This document shows positions 27,571 through 36,635 of a stretch of 64,000 nucleotides of DNA, piece after piece. Source of the DNA: Pseudomonadota bacterium (GTDB lineage: Bacteria; Desulfobacterota; Binatia; Binatales; Binataceae); the NCBI GenBank assembly GCA_021324455.1, contig JAJPJA010000017.1, positions 27,273 to 91,272 of the forward strand, in the 5' to 3' direction. The stretch's first letter is position 1, and each line of letters starts with the position of its first letter. The notes under the pieces were generated by a model. It was not told the DNA's origin. It made no database searches and saw only the letters and a list, made by a program, of their open reading frames with translations. The position numbers and the translations under genes were made by a program.

Positions 27571-29331
27571 TCAGTCGATCTTGCGCTTTCCGTAGTACGG
27601 CAGCATGGTGCCTTCGGACGGCTTTGGCTCCGTCGTAGCCGGCTTTTTGCCTGCAAACGCGCTGTACATCGCCAGCGTCCCCGGCTCGATAACCTCGGCG
27701 TCCGTGATCACGTTCAGGCACGCCACCCGGCCGCATCCCAGCGCCCGCTTCATTGCCGGGGCGATATCGGTGGCGCGCTCGACCAACTCGCCATAAGCGC
27801 CAAGCCCGGCCGCCGCCCGCTCATAGTTAACCATGCCCAATTCGGTCGCGACGTGCCGGCCCTTGCCCCAGGCCAGTTCCTGCCCATGCTTCGACATGCC
27901 CCACTGACGGTCATTGTTGATCACGACCGTGATGGGGAGATTATGTTTGACCGCGGTGTGGAACTCGGAGAAGTTGAGCCCCGCCGATCCGTCGCCCAAA
28001 ATACAGAACACCTGGCGATGTGGATGCGCCACCTTGGCTGCCAGTGCGAACGGCAGCCCCGTCCCCAGACATCCGAGGTAGCCGTGAGTCATAAAGCTGC
28101 CCGGCACACGCGCCTTCCACGCATTGCCCATCCACGCCGCGGTCTCGCCGCCGTCAGCCACCACGATCGCGTCGGGGTCGAGCGCCTGCGCGATTTCGCG
28201 CGTCAGCCGCACCGGATGGATCGGGCCGTCGTGGTTCTTGAGCGCGTCGTCCCAGCGATGGAACTGCGCGGTGCGAATCGCCGTCAGCCGCTCGATCCAT
28301 TCCTGATGCGGATCGAACCTGTTGTCGCCCACAGCCGCTATTGCCTGACGCAGGAATTCGCCGCAATCCGACACGATGCCTAATTCGATATTGCGCGCGC
28401 GGCCAATCTCTTCGGGTTCGATATCGACCTGGATGACGCGCGCGTCGGGCGGGATAACGCTGTTGCGGCCGCCGGTAAAAAGCCCGATCCGTGTGCCCAA
28501 CAGGATCACCAGGTCGGCGCTGGGCGCCTGCCGGCGTTGATGCCCAGAGGGATGAATCGCGCCGAAGCCGCCGAAGCATAGCGGATGGTCTTCGGGGATC
28601 GATCCGCGCGCCTTGTGATTGGCCATCACCGGCGTATGCGTCAGCTCGGCGAATTGCGTCAGTTCTTTGGCCGCCTGCGCGAACCATACGCCGCCGCCGG
28701 CCAGAATCGCGGGACGCGCCGCCTCCTTCAGCCATTGCAGCGCCTGCGCCAGCGCCTCGCGGCTGGGTCCGGCCGGTGCTTTGGGCCGGTAATGCTCGGG
28801 AAAGCGGACGTTATCTTCTTCGACCCTGGCGAACAGCACGTCGATCGGGATTTCGAGAAACACCGGACCGGGTCGCCCCGAGACCGCATGCCGAAACGCC
28901 ATCGCCGCGAACTCCGCGATGCGCGCCGGCTGCGTCACCGAATAGGCCCACTTCGTAATCGGCCGCATCAGCCCCATCTGATCGATTCCGCCCTGCAGCG
29001 GCAGCAATTCGTCGTCGAGCAGCGGGCTGCGGCCCCCAATCAGGAGCATCGGGATACAATCCATGTACGCGTTGGCGACGCCGGTCACCGCGTCGGTCAC
29101 GCCAGGCCCCGCCGTGACCATCGCGACACCGGGGCGTCCGGTCGTGCGCGCCCATCCGTCGGCCATATGCGCCGCCGCCTGCTCGTGGCGGGTGTCGATT
29201 ACGCGCAGGTCATGCTTGAGGCAGGCGTCGAAGACGGCATCCAGATGCCCGCCGTGCAGCGTGAAAATCTGGCTTACGCCTTCGCGTTCGAGCGCCCGTA
29301 CCAGCATCTCACCGCCATGTATTTTTGCCAT
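27571..29331 (-). CDS. ThDP-dependent enzyme, benzaldehyde lyase/2-hydroxyacyl-CoA lyase-like
   Basis: LHGGH, DTRHEQAA, HGYLGCLG, GDGS...NND ThDP motif, C-terminal PYY. Confidence 0.85.
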   Translation of the reverse strand: MAKIHGGEMLVRALEREGVSQIFTLHGGHLDAVFDACLKHDLRVIDTRHEQAAAHMADGWARTTGRPGVAMVTAGPGVTDAVTGVANAYMDCIPMLLIGGRSPLLDDELLPLQGGIDQMGLMRPITKWAYSVTQPARIAEFAAMAFRHAVSGRPGPVFLEIPIDVLFARVEEDNVRFPEHYRPKAPAGPSREALAQALQWLKEAARPAILAGGGVWFAQAAKELTQFAELTHTPVMANHKARGSIPEDHPLCFGGFGAIHPSGHQRRQAPSADLVILLGTRIGLFTGGRNSVIPPDARVIQVDIEPEEIGRARNIELGIVSDCGEFLRQAIAAVGDNRFDPHQEWIERLTAIRTAQFHRWDDALKNHDGPIHPVRLTREIAQALDPDAIVVADGGETAAWMGNAWKARVPGSFMTHGYLGCLGTGLPFALAAKVAHPHRQVFCILGDGSAGLNFSEFHTAVKHNLPITVVINNDRQWGMSKHGQELAWGKGRHVATELGMVNYERAAAGLGAYGELVERATDIAPAMKRALGCGRVACLNVITDAEVIEPGTLAMYSAFAGKKPATTEPKPSEGTMLPYYGKRKID

Positions 29332-29377
29332 CGGCCCGGCTCCCGCACTCAGGTAATCAACATCCAAATGAACCGGC

Positions 29378-30211
29378 TCAACCGCTGACGCGGTCGAACT
29401 CGGCATGCCATGATTCTTTGATCCAGACGTCGCCGTCGCAGTCGATCGTATGCGCGTTGATACATCGCTGCTCGGTGGACGCTTCCACCAGCATCTTGTC
29501 GCCGTCGAGATGAGTACAGTGAAAATCGGTGCGGGACGTGATGATTCCGGTGGGACCGGGGAATACACCCAGAATTTTCATGTGCAGCGGTGTGCTGCTT
29601 TTGGTCCGCAGCACGACGAAATTGTCGCCCGAGAACAGCACGTCGGTGTGCCCGTTCTCCACCCCGACGTTGGACACCACCCAGTCCGACACCACCGGAT
29701 ACTCCGCGGTGGTGGAAAACGTCACGTTGCCGTTCGGACCCGCGTTGTGGAAACACAGCATATAAGTGGAAGGGGATATTCCCTTTACGACCGGACCGCG
29801 GCCGAAAGTCCAGCTTTCGGGCTGAGTTACGGTGGCCTGCCAGCAGCCCTCGAAATTTTTCGGGAACAGCGATTTCGGTCCGCTGGGCGTCGGGCTCGCC
29901 GAGGACGCGGACGGAATTTCCAAGGCGTTGGATCCCGCAGGAATCGCGGCCAGCATCGTCGCCGACGCCGCGGGCGTCATCCGCAACTCCCTGTTGCTGC
30001 GCCATCGCGAGGACAACTGCGCGCCCAGGGTGCCTGAGGGATGCCGGTGCGGATGGTGCAAATGGCGGCCCTGGCGCACCATGAAGCCGAGCGTCGGCTC
30101 GGCGGTGGGCGCGGCCGGGTTGAAAGAAATGGGGATCCCTCCTCTGCGATAAGCCGCATAACCCAGGGCCGCTATGGCCGCAAAAACCAGCAGGAGCCGC
30201 AGATGCGCCAT
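29378..30211 (-). CDS. Hypothetical membrane-anchored or secreted beta-rich protein
   Basis: N-terminal hydrophobic segment, low-complexity linker, then a Cys-containing beta-strand domain starting FEGCWQ. Confidence 0.6.
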   Translation of the reverse strand: MAHLRLLLVFAAIAALGYAAYRRGGIPISFNPAAPTAEPTLGFMVRQGRHLHHPHRHPSGTLGAQLSSRWRSNRELRMTPAASATMLAAIPAGSNALEIPSASSASPTPSGPKSLFPKNFEGCWQATVTQPESWTFGRGPVVKGISPSTYMLCFHNAGPNGNVTFSTTAEYPVVSDWVVSNVGVENGHTDVLFSGDNFVVLRTKSSTPLHMKILGVFPGPTGIITSRTDFHCTHLDGDKMLVEASTEQRCINAHTIDCDGDVWIKESWHAEFDRVSG

Positions 30212-30356
30212 AAAGGTCGCTTAGCATGAGATGGCCCGCAAGCTCCAGAATCGCCGTCCGGGCGCAAGCCCAGCCGGTGCAATCAGCTTGACAGACGGGG
30301 ACATCGCATGCTTTGGCCTATCCGTGCCATTTTTCAGCCTCAGGTCCTTGCGGCGA

Positions 30357-32777
30357 ATGCTTCAGCTTGCGGCCCTTGGTGGACTCGTTACGATCGGCAG
30401 CGCCGCGCTCGCCGCCGAAGGTTTGGGCGGATTCGTCGGGCATCTGGAGGCGATGCAGCCGCGGGTGCGGCAGGGTGTCAGCGATCCGCGCGCCGCCAGC
30501 GAGGCGATCAACGAGCTGGACGCCGACGAGGGTACTTTTGCCCACTACACCACGGTTCCCAACGCCAGCCGCGCCGAGTTGCTGGAAGCGTACGGCCTGC
30601 TCGAGCGGATGCTCGGTCTGATGTACGACACCTATCACAGGCAACATGACCAATGCCTGATCGCAATCGGCAACGGCAACATGAACTGCGATTACAACCT
30701 GCTCGAGCAGCTTGAGCTGAGGGCGCTGTATCCGCTGTCATGGCTGCGATTTCACGGTTCCATCCTGTTCAATTCGCCGCAAGTGCGCAGGCGGATGCTC
30801 AAACAGGCCGCGGCCGGGTTTACCCAGAGCGCGCTGGTGATTATCTCGCCCGAACTGATTCGCGAAAACCTGCTGGGCCGCGGCTACTGCGAGCGCGACC
30901 TGGGCCAGTTCGACCGTTCCCACTACGCCAAAGCGATCGCCGATTTCAGGGAAGTGATGAAGGCCGGCGCCGGCACGGCACAGTATCGCGCCGCTCAGCA
31001 GGGACTTGCCACCACCTACGCCGCGATGGGCGAGGTCGGCAAAGCGGCCGCGCTCAGCGCGCGTTTGGCACAAACCACCACCGGCGCCCAGATGCAGGGG
31101 GCGCAGATGTTCCGCTTACAGGAACTGCTTCAGGCCGAGGCCGAGTCCGCCGACCCCGCGCGCCGCGCCCAGTTGCATCGCGAGATCGTGGAACTGCTGC
31201 GCGGCTATTACGGCAATGGCAAGCAATGGCCGATGGCGCTGGCCGCTGTGGTACATGACGCGGCCAATCCCGAGGCTGAATTCGGCGCCGCCCAAGATCC
31301 GTTCGAGTCGTATCTGCTGGCCGAAGTGCTGGCCTCGACGCATCATCAGATGGCGGCGGCGAAATATTATCTGGCCGCCGCCCGCAGCGGTCAGTATCCC
31401 CAGGGTTACAAGTACGCGATCGACATCTATTACGGGCAGGGCCGTCTGGATCTAGTCGATCAGCCGCTGGAAGAGCTGGCCAGGCAGCGCCGCAATCCGA
31501 ATGCGCAGTGGGCCGCGTATATGCGCTTCAAAATCGCGCGCACCCGCTGGGAGCGCTCAGGCATGCGCGACGCCCATCTCAACGCCGCATGGATTGCGCG
31601 GGCGCATGACTACCTGGATCGTTACCCGCGCGGCAAATATGCCTACGAACCGCGGTTCCGGCTGGCGGAATTGCTGCAGGATCAGGGCAAATACGCCGAC
31701 GCCGCCGCGCAGTACGACCAGGTAAGCGGCGATCCCTTCTATACTTTCGCCGCCGGGTTCAAGGCCGCCGAATGCCGCTACCTGGAGTTGGCCGCGTTGG
31801 CCAACAAGGCCGCCAAACCCGGCCCGAAAACCGCCCAGCTCAGGGGCGCCCTGACGGCCAAGGCTATCGCCGGACTTCAGCAGACCGTGGCCGTCGGGCC
31901 GGAAATCGAAAAGCGCACGTCCGCCGAGCGTCAGTTCGTACATACCGCCCGCGCACGCGCGACCTACATGCTGGCCACGATGCTGGAGGCGCAGCCGTCT
32001 AAGGACTACGCGCGCATCGCCAACCTGCTCGACGGCTTTGAGAGCGCCTATCCGCAGATGGCGGCCAATTTCGACGACGTCACGCGCTGGCGCCTGGAAG
32101 CGTTGGAGCGCAGCGGCCAATACACGCAGGCGCAGGCGGAAATCGCGCGCCTGCTTGCCCCCGGCCGCCGCCCCGCACCCGCCAACGATTACATCAAGGC
32201 TTTGGGCCTCGACTTATGGAAGCAGGCCAGGCTCAGAGCGGATCGGGGCGACCAGGCCGGCGCGCTGGCCGACGCGCGGCTGACCGCGCAGCTCTATCAA
32301 TATTTCGAGCAGCAGGTGGCGGCCGGAAAAATGAATCCGAAAAGCCTCACCGGCACGCTTTCAATTTTGGGTCAGGCGTATGTGATGATGGACGACAGCG
32401 AGCGCGCCCGCGCCATCTTCGAGCAGGTGGTAAAGGCCGCGCCCTCCTCGCCCGACGCCAACGCGGGACTGGCGCGGCTGGCGCAGGCGCGCCGGGACTA
32501 CCGTCAGGCCTCCGACCTCTGGACCCGGGTGGAAGCCGAAGCCGCCGAATCTGACGATCTTTGGTACGAAGCGCGCTATAACCTTGCGGTGATTTACGCC
32601 GCCGACGGCAACCTCAAGGCCGCCTGCGGCAAGCTGGCGCAGACCCGCAGCGAACATCCGAGCCTGGGCAGCCCGCGGATGAAGACGCGATGGGACGGGC
32701 TGCAGCGCAAGCTGTGTCTGCCGCAGTCAGTGATTGGCGGGAACGGCGCGCCGGGGAAGGAAACGGCCGCGCGTTGA
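30357..32777 (+). CDS. Large exported TPR/alpha-solenoid protein
   Basis: Signal peptide from ATG 30357 (ORF opens at 30231); TPR-like repeats such as YLDRYPRGKY..EPRFRLAELL..QGKY..AA and EARYNLA. Confidence 0.8.
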   Translation: MLQLAALGGLVTIGSAALAAEGLGGFVGHLEAMQPRVRQGVSDPRAASEAINELDADEGTFAHYTTVPNASRAELLEAYGLLERMLGLMYDTYHRQHDQCLIAIGNGNMNCDYNLLEQLELRALYPLSWLRFHGSILFNSPQVRRRMLKQAAAGFTQSALVIISPELIRENLLGRGYCERDLGQFDRSHYAKAIADFREVMKAGAGTAQYRAAQQGLATTYAAMGEVGKAAALSARLAQTTTGAQMQGAQMFRLQELLQAEAESADPARRAQLHREIVELLRGYYGNGKQWPMALAAVVHDAANPEAEFGAAQDPFESYLLAEVLASTHHQMAAAKYYLAAARSGQYPQGYKYAIDIYYGQGRLDLVDQPLEELARQRRNPNAQWAAYMRFKIARTRWERSGMRDAHLNAAWIARAHDYLDRYPRGKYAYEPRFRLAELLQDQGKYADAAAQYDQVSGDPFYTFAAGFKAAECRYLELAALANKAAKPGPKTAQLRGALTAKAIAGLQQTVAVGPEIEKRTSAERQFVHTARARATYMLATMLEAQPSKDYARIANLLDGFESAYPQMAANFDDVTRWRLEALERSGQYTQAQAEIARLLAPGRRPAPANDYIKALGLDLWKQARLRADRGDQAGALADARLTAQLYQYFEQQVAAGKMNPKSLTGTLSILGQAYVMMDDSERARAIFEQVVKAAPSSPDANAGLARLAQARRDYRQASDLWTRVEAEAAESDDLWYEARYNLAVIYAADGNLKAACGKLAQTRSEHPSLGSPRMKTRWDGLQRKLCLPQSVIGGNGAPGKETAAR

Positions 32778-32868
32778 GATAGCCTCAAGCCGCCCCAAAT
32801 TGGGCGGCGGGATACAATTCGGATTGCGGGCGCCGGCGCGCCCGCATCGGCAAGGAGAGTCGGCAGCA

Positions 32869-33510
32869 ATGCAACAGCAGTTCGGCATCATCGCGATGAT
32901 TCAGCAGGGGTACTACGCCACCTACCCGCTGATCGCCATCTCGATCATCTGTATCGCGGTCATTTTGGAACGCCTGTGGGCGTTGGGCGGACTGCGCGTA
33001 CGCACCACCCGCACGGCGGCGCAGTTGGTGGATCCGCTGCGCCGGGGCAACTTCGACGAGGCGCTCAAGAAGACCGAAAGCCGCAAGCGCCCGTTCGAGC
33101 GGGTTTTCTACGCGCTGATTTCCGCCGCGCGCAGCAACGACCGCGAAAAACTGATGGAGATCGACGAGGAGCAGCGCTTCGAGGAACTGCTCGAACTCAA
33201 GCGCTACGTCTGGGTGCTGGCGACTTCGGGCGCCTCCGCACCGTTCATCGGCCTGTTCGGCACCGTGGTCGGAATTCTGACCGCGTTCCAGTCGATGGCG
33301 GTGATGGGGACGGGCGGTTTCTCGGTAGTCGCGGCGGGCATTTCCGAAGCGCTGATCTCGACCGCGCTGGGACTGGCGGTCGCGATCATCGCGGTGATCT
33401 TTTACAACTATTTCTCCGTGCGCATCGACAATCTCAACGCCGTGATGCACGTCAGTTCCAATCATCTGATCAACGCGGCGTTGGAAGGGCGGCAGACCAG
33501 TGGCGGTTAG
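32869..33510 (+). CDS. MotA/TolQ/ExbB proton-channel protein
   Basis: SAPFIGLFGTVVGI, AGISEALISTALGL; AAGGAG SD. Confidence 0.95.
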   Translation: MQQQFGIIAMIQQGYYATYPLIAISIICIAVILERLWALGGLRVRTTRTAAQLVDPLRRGNFDEALKKTESRKRPFERVFYALISAARSNDREKLMEIDEEQRFEELLELKRYVWVLATSGASAPFIGLFGTVVGILTAFQSMAVMGTGGFSVVAAGISEALISTALGLAVAIIAVIFYNYFSVRIDNLNAVMHVSSNHLINAALEGRQTSGG

Positions 33511-33934
33511 CGGTCCGTCTTCGGGCGGCGGCGTTTTCTGGCAGATCAATATCACCCCGCTGACCGATATCTTTTTGGTGTTGCTGATCATCTTTATGAT
33601 CACCGCGTCGATCTCGGTGGAGTCGGCGGCGCACGTCGGCCTGCCGCTGGCGGAAAACACCTCGCCGGAAAAACGCGGCGTGGTCGTGACCTACACCGCC
33701 GAGCATGAAATCTTCGTCAACTCCAAGGATATTCCCGCGTCCGAACTACAAGGGGCCCTGCGCGACGCGCTGGCGCGGATCGATCCCAAAGTCGTAATCT
33801 TTCAGGGCGATCGCAAGGTCCTGCTGGGCGACATGGTGAAGATCCTCAAGGTGGCCAAGGCCGCCGGCGCCGACCAGATCGCGATCGCGGCCAAGCGGGC
33901 CTCAGTGGACGAGATCGAACGCTCGCTGCGCTGA
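33500..33934 (+). CDS. ExbD/TolR family protein (copy 1)
   Basis: INITPLTDIFLVLLIIFM with the conserved TM Asp; IFQGD. Confidence 0.95.
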   Translation: MAVSGPSSGGGVFWQINITPLTDIFLVLLIIFMITASISVESAAHVGLPLAENTSPEKRGVVVTYTAEHEIFVNSKDIPASELQGALRDALARIDPKVVIFQGDRKVLLGDMVKILKVAKAAGADQIAIAAKRASVDEIERSLR

Positions 33935-33967
33935 GGCGGCGGCACAATCGAAACAGGGAAGACCGCG

Positions 33968-34423
33968 ATGGCAATTCCCAGCGGCAACGACAACGGCCTG
34001 TTCGGCGAAATCAACATTACGCCGCTGACCGACATCTTCCTCGTCCTGCTCATCATCTTCATGGTCGGCGCGGCGGTGGCGATCGAATCGGCGGCGCACG
34101 TGGGCCTGCCGCAGGCCAAGGCGGCGCCGGTCAGCCAGCCGCCGCAGGAGGTGATTGTGGAACTGACGGCCGAGCGCCGCATCCTGGTCGACCAGCACGA
34201 AATCGGCCTCAATGATTTGGAACCGGTGCTGCGCAAGGCGATGGAAAAATCGCACGACAAGGTCGTCATCTTCAAAGGCGACCCGAAGATTATTTTGGGC
34301 GATATGGTGATAATCCTGGACATCGCCAAGCGCGCCGGAGCGCAGCAACTGGGCGTCGCGGTCGCACAGGCGGAGGAGGCCGGTGCGGCGGCCGATGTGC
34401 CCGTATCGGCGCCGGCGCCATAA
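33968..34423 (+). CDS. ExbD/TolR family protein (copy 2)
   Basis: EINITPLTDIFLVLLIIFM; IFKGD. Confidence 0.95.
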   Translation: MAIPSGNDNGLFGEINITPLTDIFLVLLIIFMVGAAVAIESAAHVGLPQAKAAPVSQPPQEVIVELTAERRILVDQHEIGLNDLEPVLRKAMEKSHDKVVIFKGDPKIILGDMVIILDIAKRAGAQQLGVAVAQAEEAGAAADVPVSAPAP

Positions 34424-34478
34424 TACGCAGCGGCACTGTTGTCCCGAAAGTCGGAAATAGCGGTGACAGGCGGAAATT

Positions 34479-35717
34479 ATGCTGGTGAGCAGACTTCATA
34501 ATCTACCCGCGAGCGTGCTGGTTGCGTTGGCGGTTTCGATCGTCGCGCTCGCGGTGATTTTGGGCCTGGTTTTTCGCGCGCTGCGCCGTCCGGTCGCTTT
34601 CGAACGCGGACGCGACGCCTGGCGCAGCTTCAAGGAAGGACTCATCTTTGTGGCCGGGCCGTTCCCGATTTCGATCGCGATTCACGTCGCCGTGCTGCTG
34701 TTCCTGATTCATGAAGTCCGGCAGGTGGCGGCGCCCAAATACATCAACATACATCTGGAATCGGGCGGCGGCGGCAGCGGCGGGGCGGCGCCCGACGTCA
34801 AGCTGCCGCCGATGCCCGACGTCGCCACCCCGGACACCGCTCTGACCGGCCTTTCCTTCCAGGTGCCGAAAATCGCACCCGCGAGAACTACCACGACCAC
34901 CTATACGAACGAATACGTGCGCGCCGTCAATCGCGGTGAGTACGGAACCGGATTTGGCGGCGGCTTCGGCGGCGGCTACGGCACCGGATACGGACGCGGC
35001 ATCGGCAGCGGCTTCGGCGGCTTTATCGGCGAGCTGCGCAAAAAAGGGCTCGACGTCGTGCTGGTGATCGACGGCACCGGCTCGATGGAATTCGTGATGG
35101 ACGAAGTCAAAGCCAAGATGGAGCAACTGGTGCTGGCGATTCATCGGCTGGTGCCGGTGGCGCGCATCGGGATCGTCCAGTTCGGCGGACGCGGCGAATC
35201 GGTCCAGATTCAACCGTTCACCACCTCCTCGGAGCAGCTCGAGACTTTCCTGTCGCACATCAAGGCGCAGAACGGCAGCTATGACTGGCGCGAAGATACG
35301 CTGACCGCGGTCAGGACCGCGGTCGATCAGATGCAATGGCGGCCCGACGCCAAGAAGGTCATCGTGCTGGTCGGCGATACGCCGCCGTGGGACGAAGACG
35401 TCGCTCCCATCATGAACCTGATCACCAAATTCCGCGGCGAGAACGGCACCTTCAACACGGTCGATGTTACGGTGGAAGAGCACGAGCTGTTCGAACGCGT
35501 GGTGCTCAACGCCAGGACCGCGTCGCCGCTGCCGGATTTTTACCTGCTGACGCAGCACGCCTACCAGGAGATGGCGAAAGTCGGGGGCGGCGAATGGCGC
35601 AGCCTGACCAAGGACAGCGCCATCAACCAGCAGGTGGTGATGCTGGCGTTCGGCCGCCAATGGCAATCGCAAATCGCCGCTTTCCAGACCGACGTTGCCA
35701 GCACCGCGGGACACTAG
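34479..35717 (+). CDS. Inner-membrane-anchored VWA-domain protein with TonB/TolA-like S-x3-H TM helix
   Basis: Two TMs (the second contains SIAIH), Pro/Thr/Gly-rich linker, VWA domain with LDVVLVIDGTGSM ... VLVGDTPP. Confidence 0.85.
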   Translation: MLVSRLHNLPASVLVALAVSIVALAVILGLVFRALRRPVAFERGRDAWRSFKEGLIFVAGPFPISIAIHVAVLLFLIHEVRQVAAPKYINIHLESGGGGSGGAAPDVKLPPMPDVATPDTALTGLSFQVPKIAPARTTTTTYTNEYVRAVNRGEYGTGFGGGFGGGYGTGYGRGIGSGFGGFIGELRKKGLDVVLVIDGTGSMEFVMDEVKAKMEQLVLAIHRLVPVARIGIVQFGGRGESVQIQPFTTSSEQLETFLSHIKAQNGSYDWREDTLTAVRTAVDQMQWRPDAKKVIVLVGDTPPWDEDVAPIMNLITKFRGENGTFNTVDVTVEEHELFERVVLNARTASPLPDFYLLTQHAYQEMAKVGGGEWRSLTKDSAINQQVVMLAFGRQWQSQIAAFQTDVASTAGH

Positions 35718-35829
35718 AAATCCCCGACGGCGAAACTCCTTGGCCACCCTTGAGAGCGGATTTTATTTTCGTCGCGGATGACGGATAGGGGGCCGCAAGC
35801 TCCGAGCCGAAGGGCGCTTTTCGAACATC

Positions 35830-36615
35830 TCACCATTGCTCTTCGCGCAGCTGCGCGAACGGGCGAGCGGCGCTGTAGAAGGTCAGCGAGACCAGGATTC
35901 CCAGCGGGATGAACATCGCCGGCAGTTCGAACTTCAAGCCCGCCATCGCTCCGCAGTACGCACCCGCCAAATAGCAGACGAACAACGATCCGGTCAGCGC
36001 CATGTGCAGGACGTCGCGCTGGTGGGGGGCGGTCCGCGCGACCTTGCGCCATCGCGATCGGAATCGGCCGCGCGTCCGCCGTCTGACCCAGAAGATGAAA
36101 CTGGCGGCGGCTTCGCCGAATTTCACCAGCGAGCCGGTCACGAAAGTGGTATAAACGTTAAGGCCGCCGATTTTCCGCACGGTCACGTTCTGCAGGCCCA
36201 TCGAAACCGTCAACAGCGCCACCATCAGGTAGTATTTACCCGCGGGCTGCGGCGGAACCGCCGGCGCGAAATTGATACCCGACGCGGCGGCGATAAATCC
36301 GCCGATCAGGATCGATTCAAGCAGCAAAGTTGAAGCAACCGGCCAGCGAAACCTGCGCACCTGCGCCTCGAACAGTATCGCGCCGATAATCAGTCCGCCG
36401 ACGAAAGTGAGTATCGGCCAGGCGTGGCGCAGAAATCCGTACCAGTGAAGATCGGCCATATGACGCGCCGCCGCCACCGTGTTGCCGCTCATGTGCGCCA
36501 CGTACACGCCGTATATAAAGATGTACCCGAATACGTCGATATAGCCGGCGACGGCGGTCAGCAGCAGCGCGACTGGCGTTTTCTGCAGCGCCCCGAAGGG
36601 ACCGCGCCGCCGCAT
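35830..36615 (-). CDS. YoaK/DUF1275 family membrane protein
   Basis: AGYIDVFG, AHMSGNT, MGLQN, TTFVTG. Confidence 0.9.
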   Translation of the reverse strand: MRRRGPFGALQKTPVALLLTAVAGYIDVFGYIFIYGVYVAHMSGNTVAAARHMADLHWYGFLRHAWPILTFVGGLIIGAILFEAQVRRFRWPVASTLLLESILIGGFIAAASGINFAPAVPPQPAGKYYLMVALLTVSMGLQNVTVRKIGGLNVYTTFVTGSLVKFGEAAASFIFWVRRRTRGRFRSRWRKVARTAPHQRDVLHMALTGSLFVCYLAGAYCGAMAGLKFELPAMFIPLGILVSLTFYSAARPFAQLREEQW

Positions 36616-36635
36616 CGAATCGCCCTGGAGGCGGC

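Noticed and set aside
34940-35030. GGC-rich tandem-like repeats
   Set aside because: These encode the Gly-rich linker of the VWA protein; not a CRISPR array or VNTR.
34503-35747. 414-aa minus-strand ORF
   Set aside because: Antisense shadow of the VWA gene.
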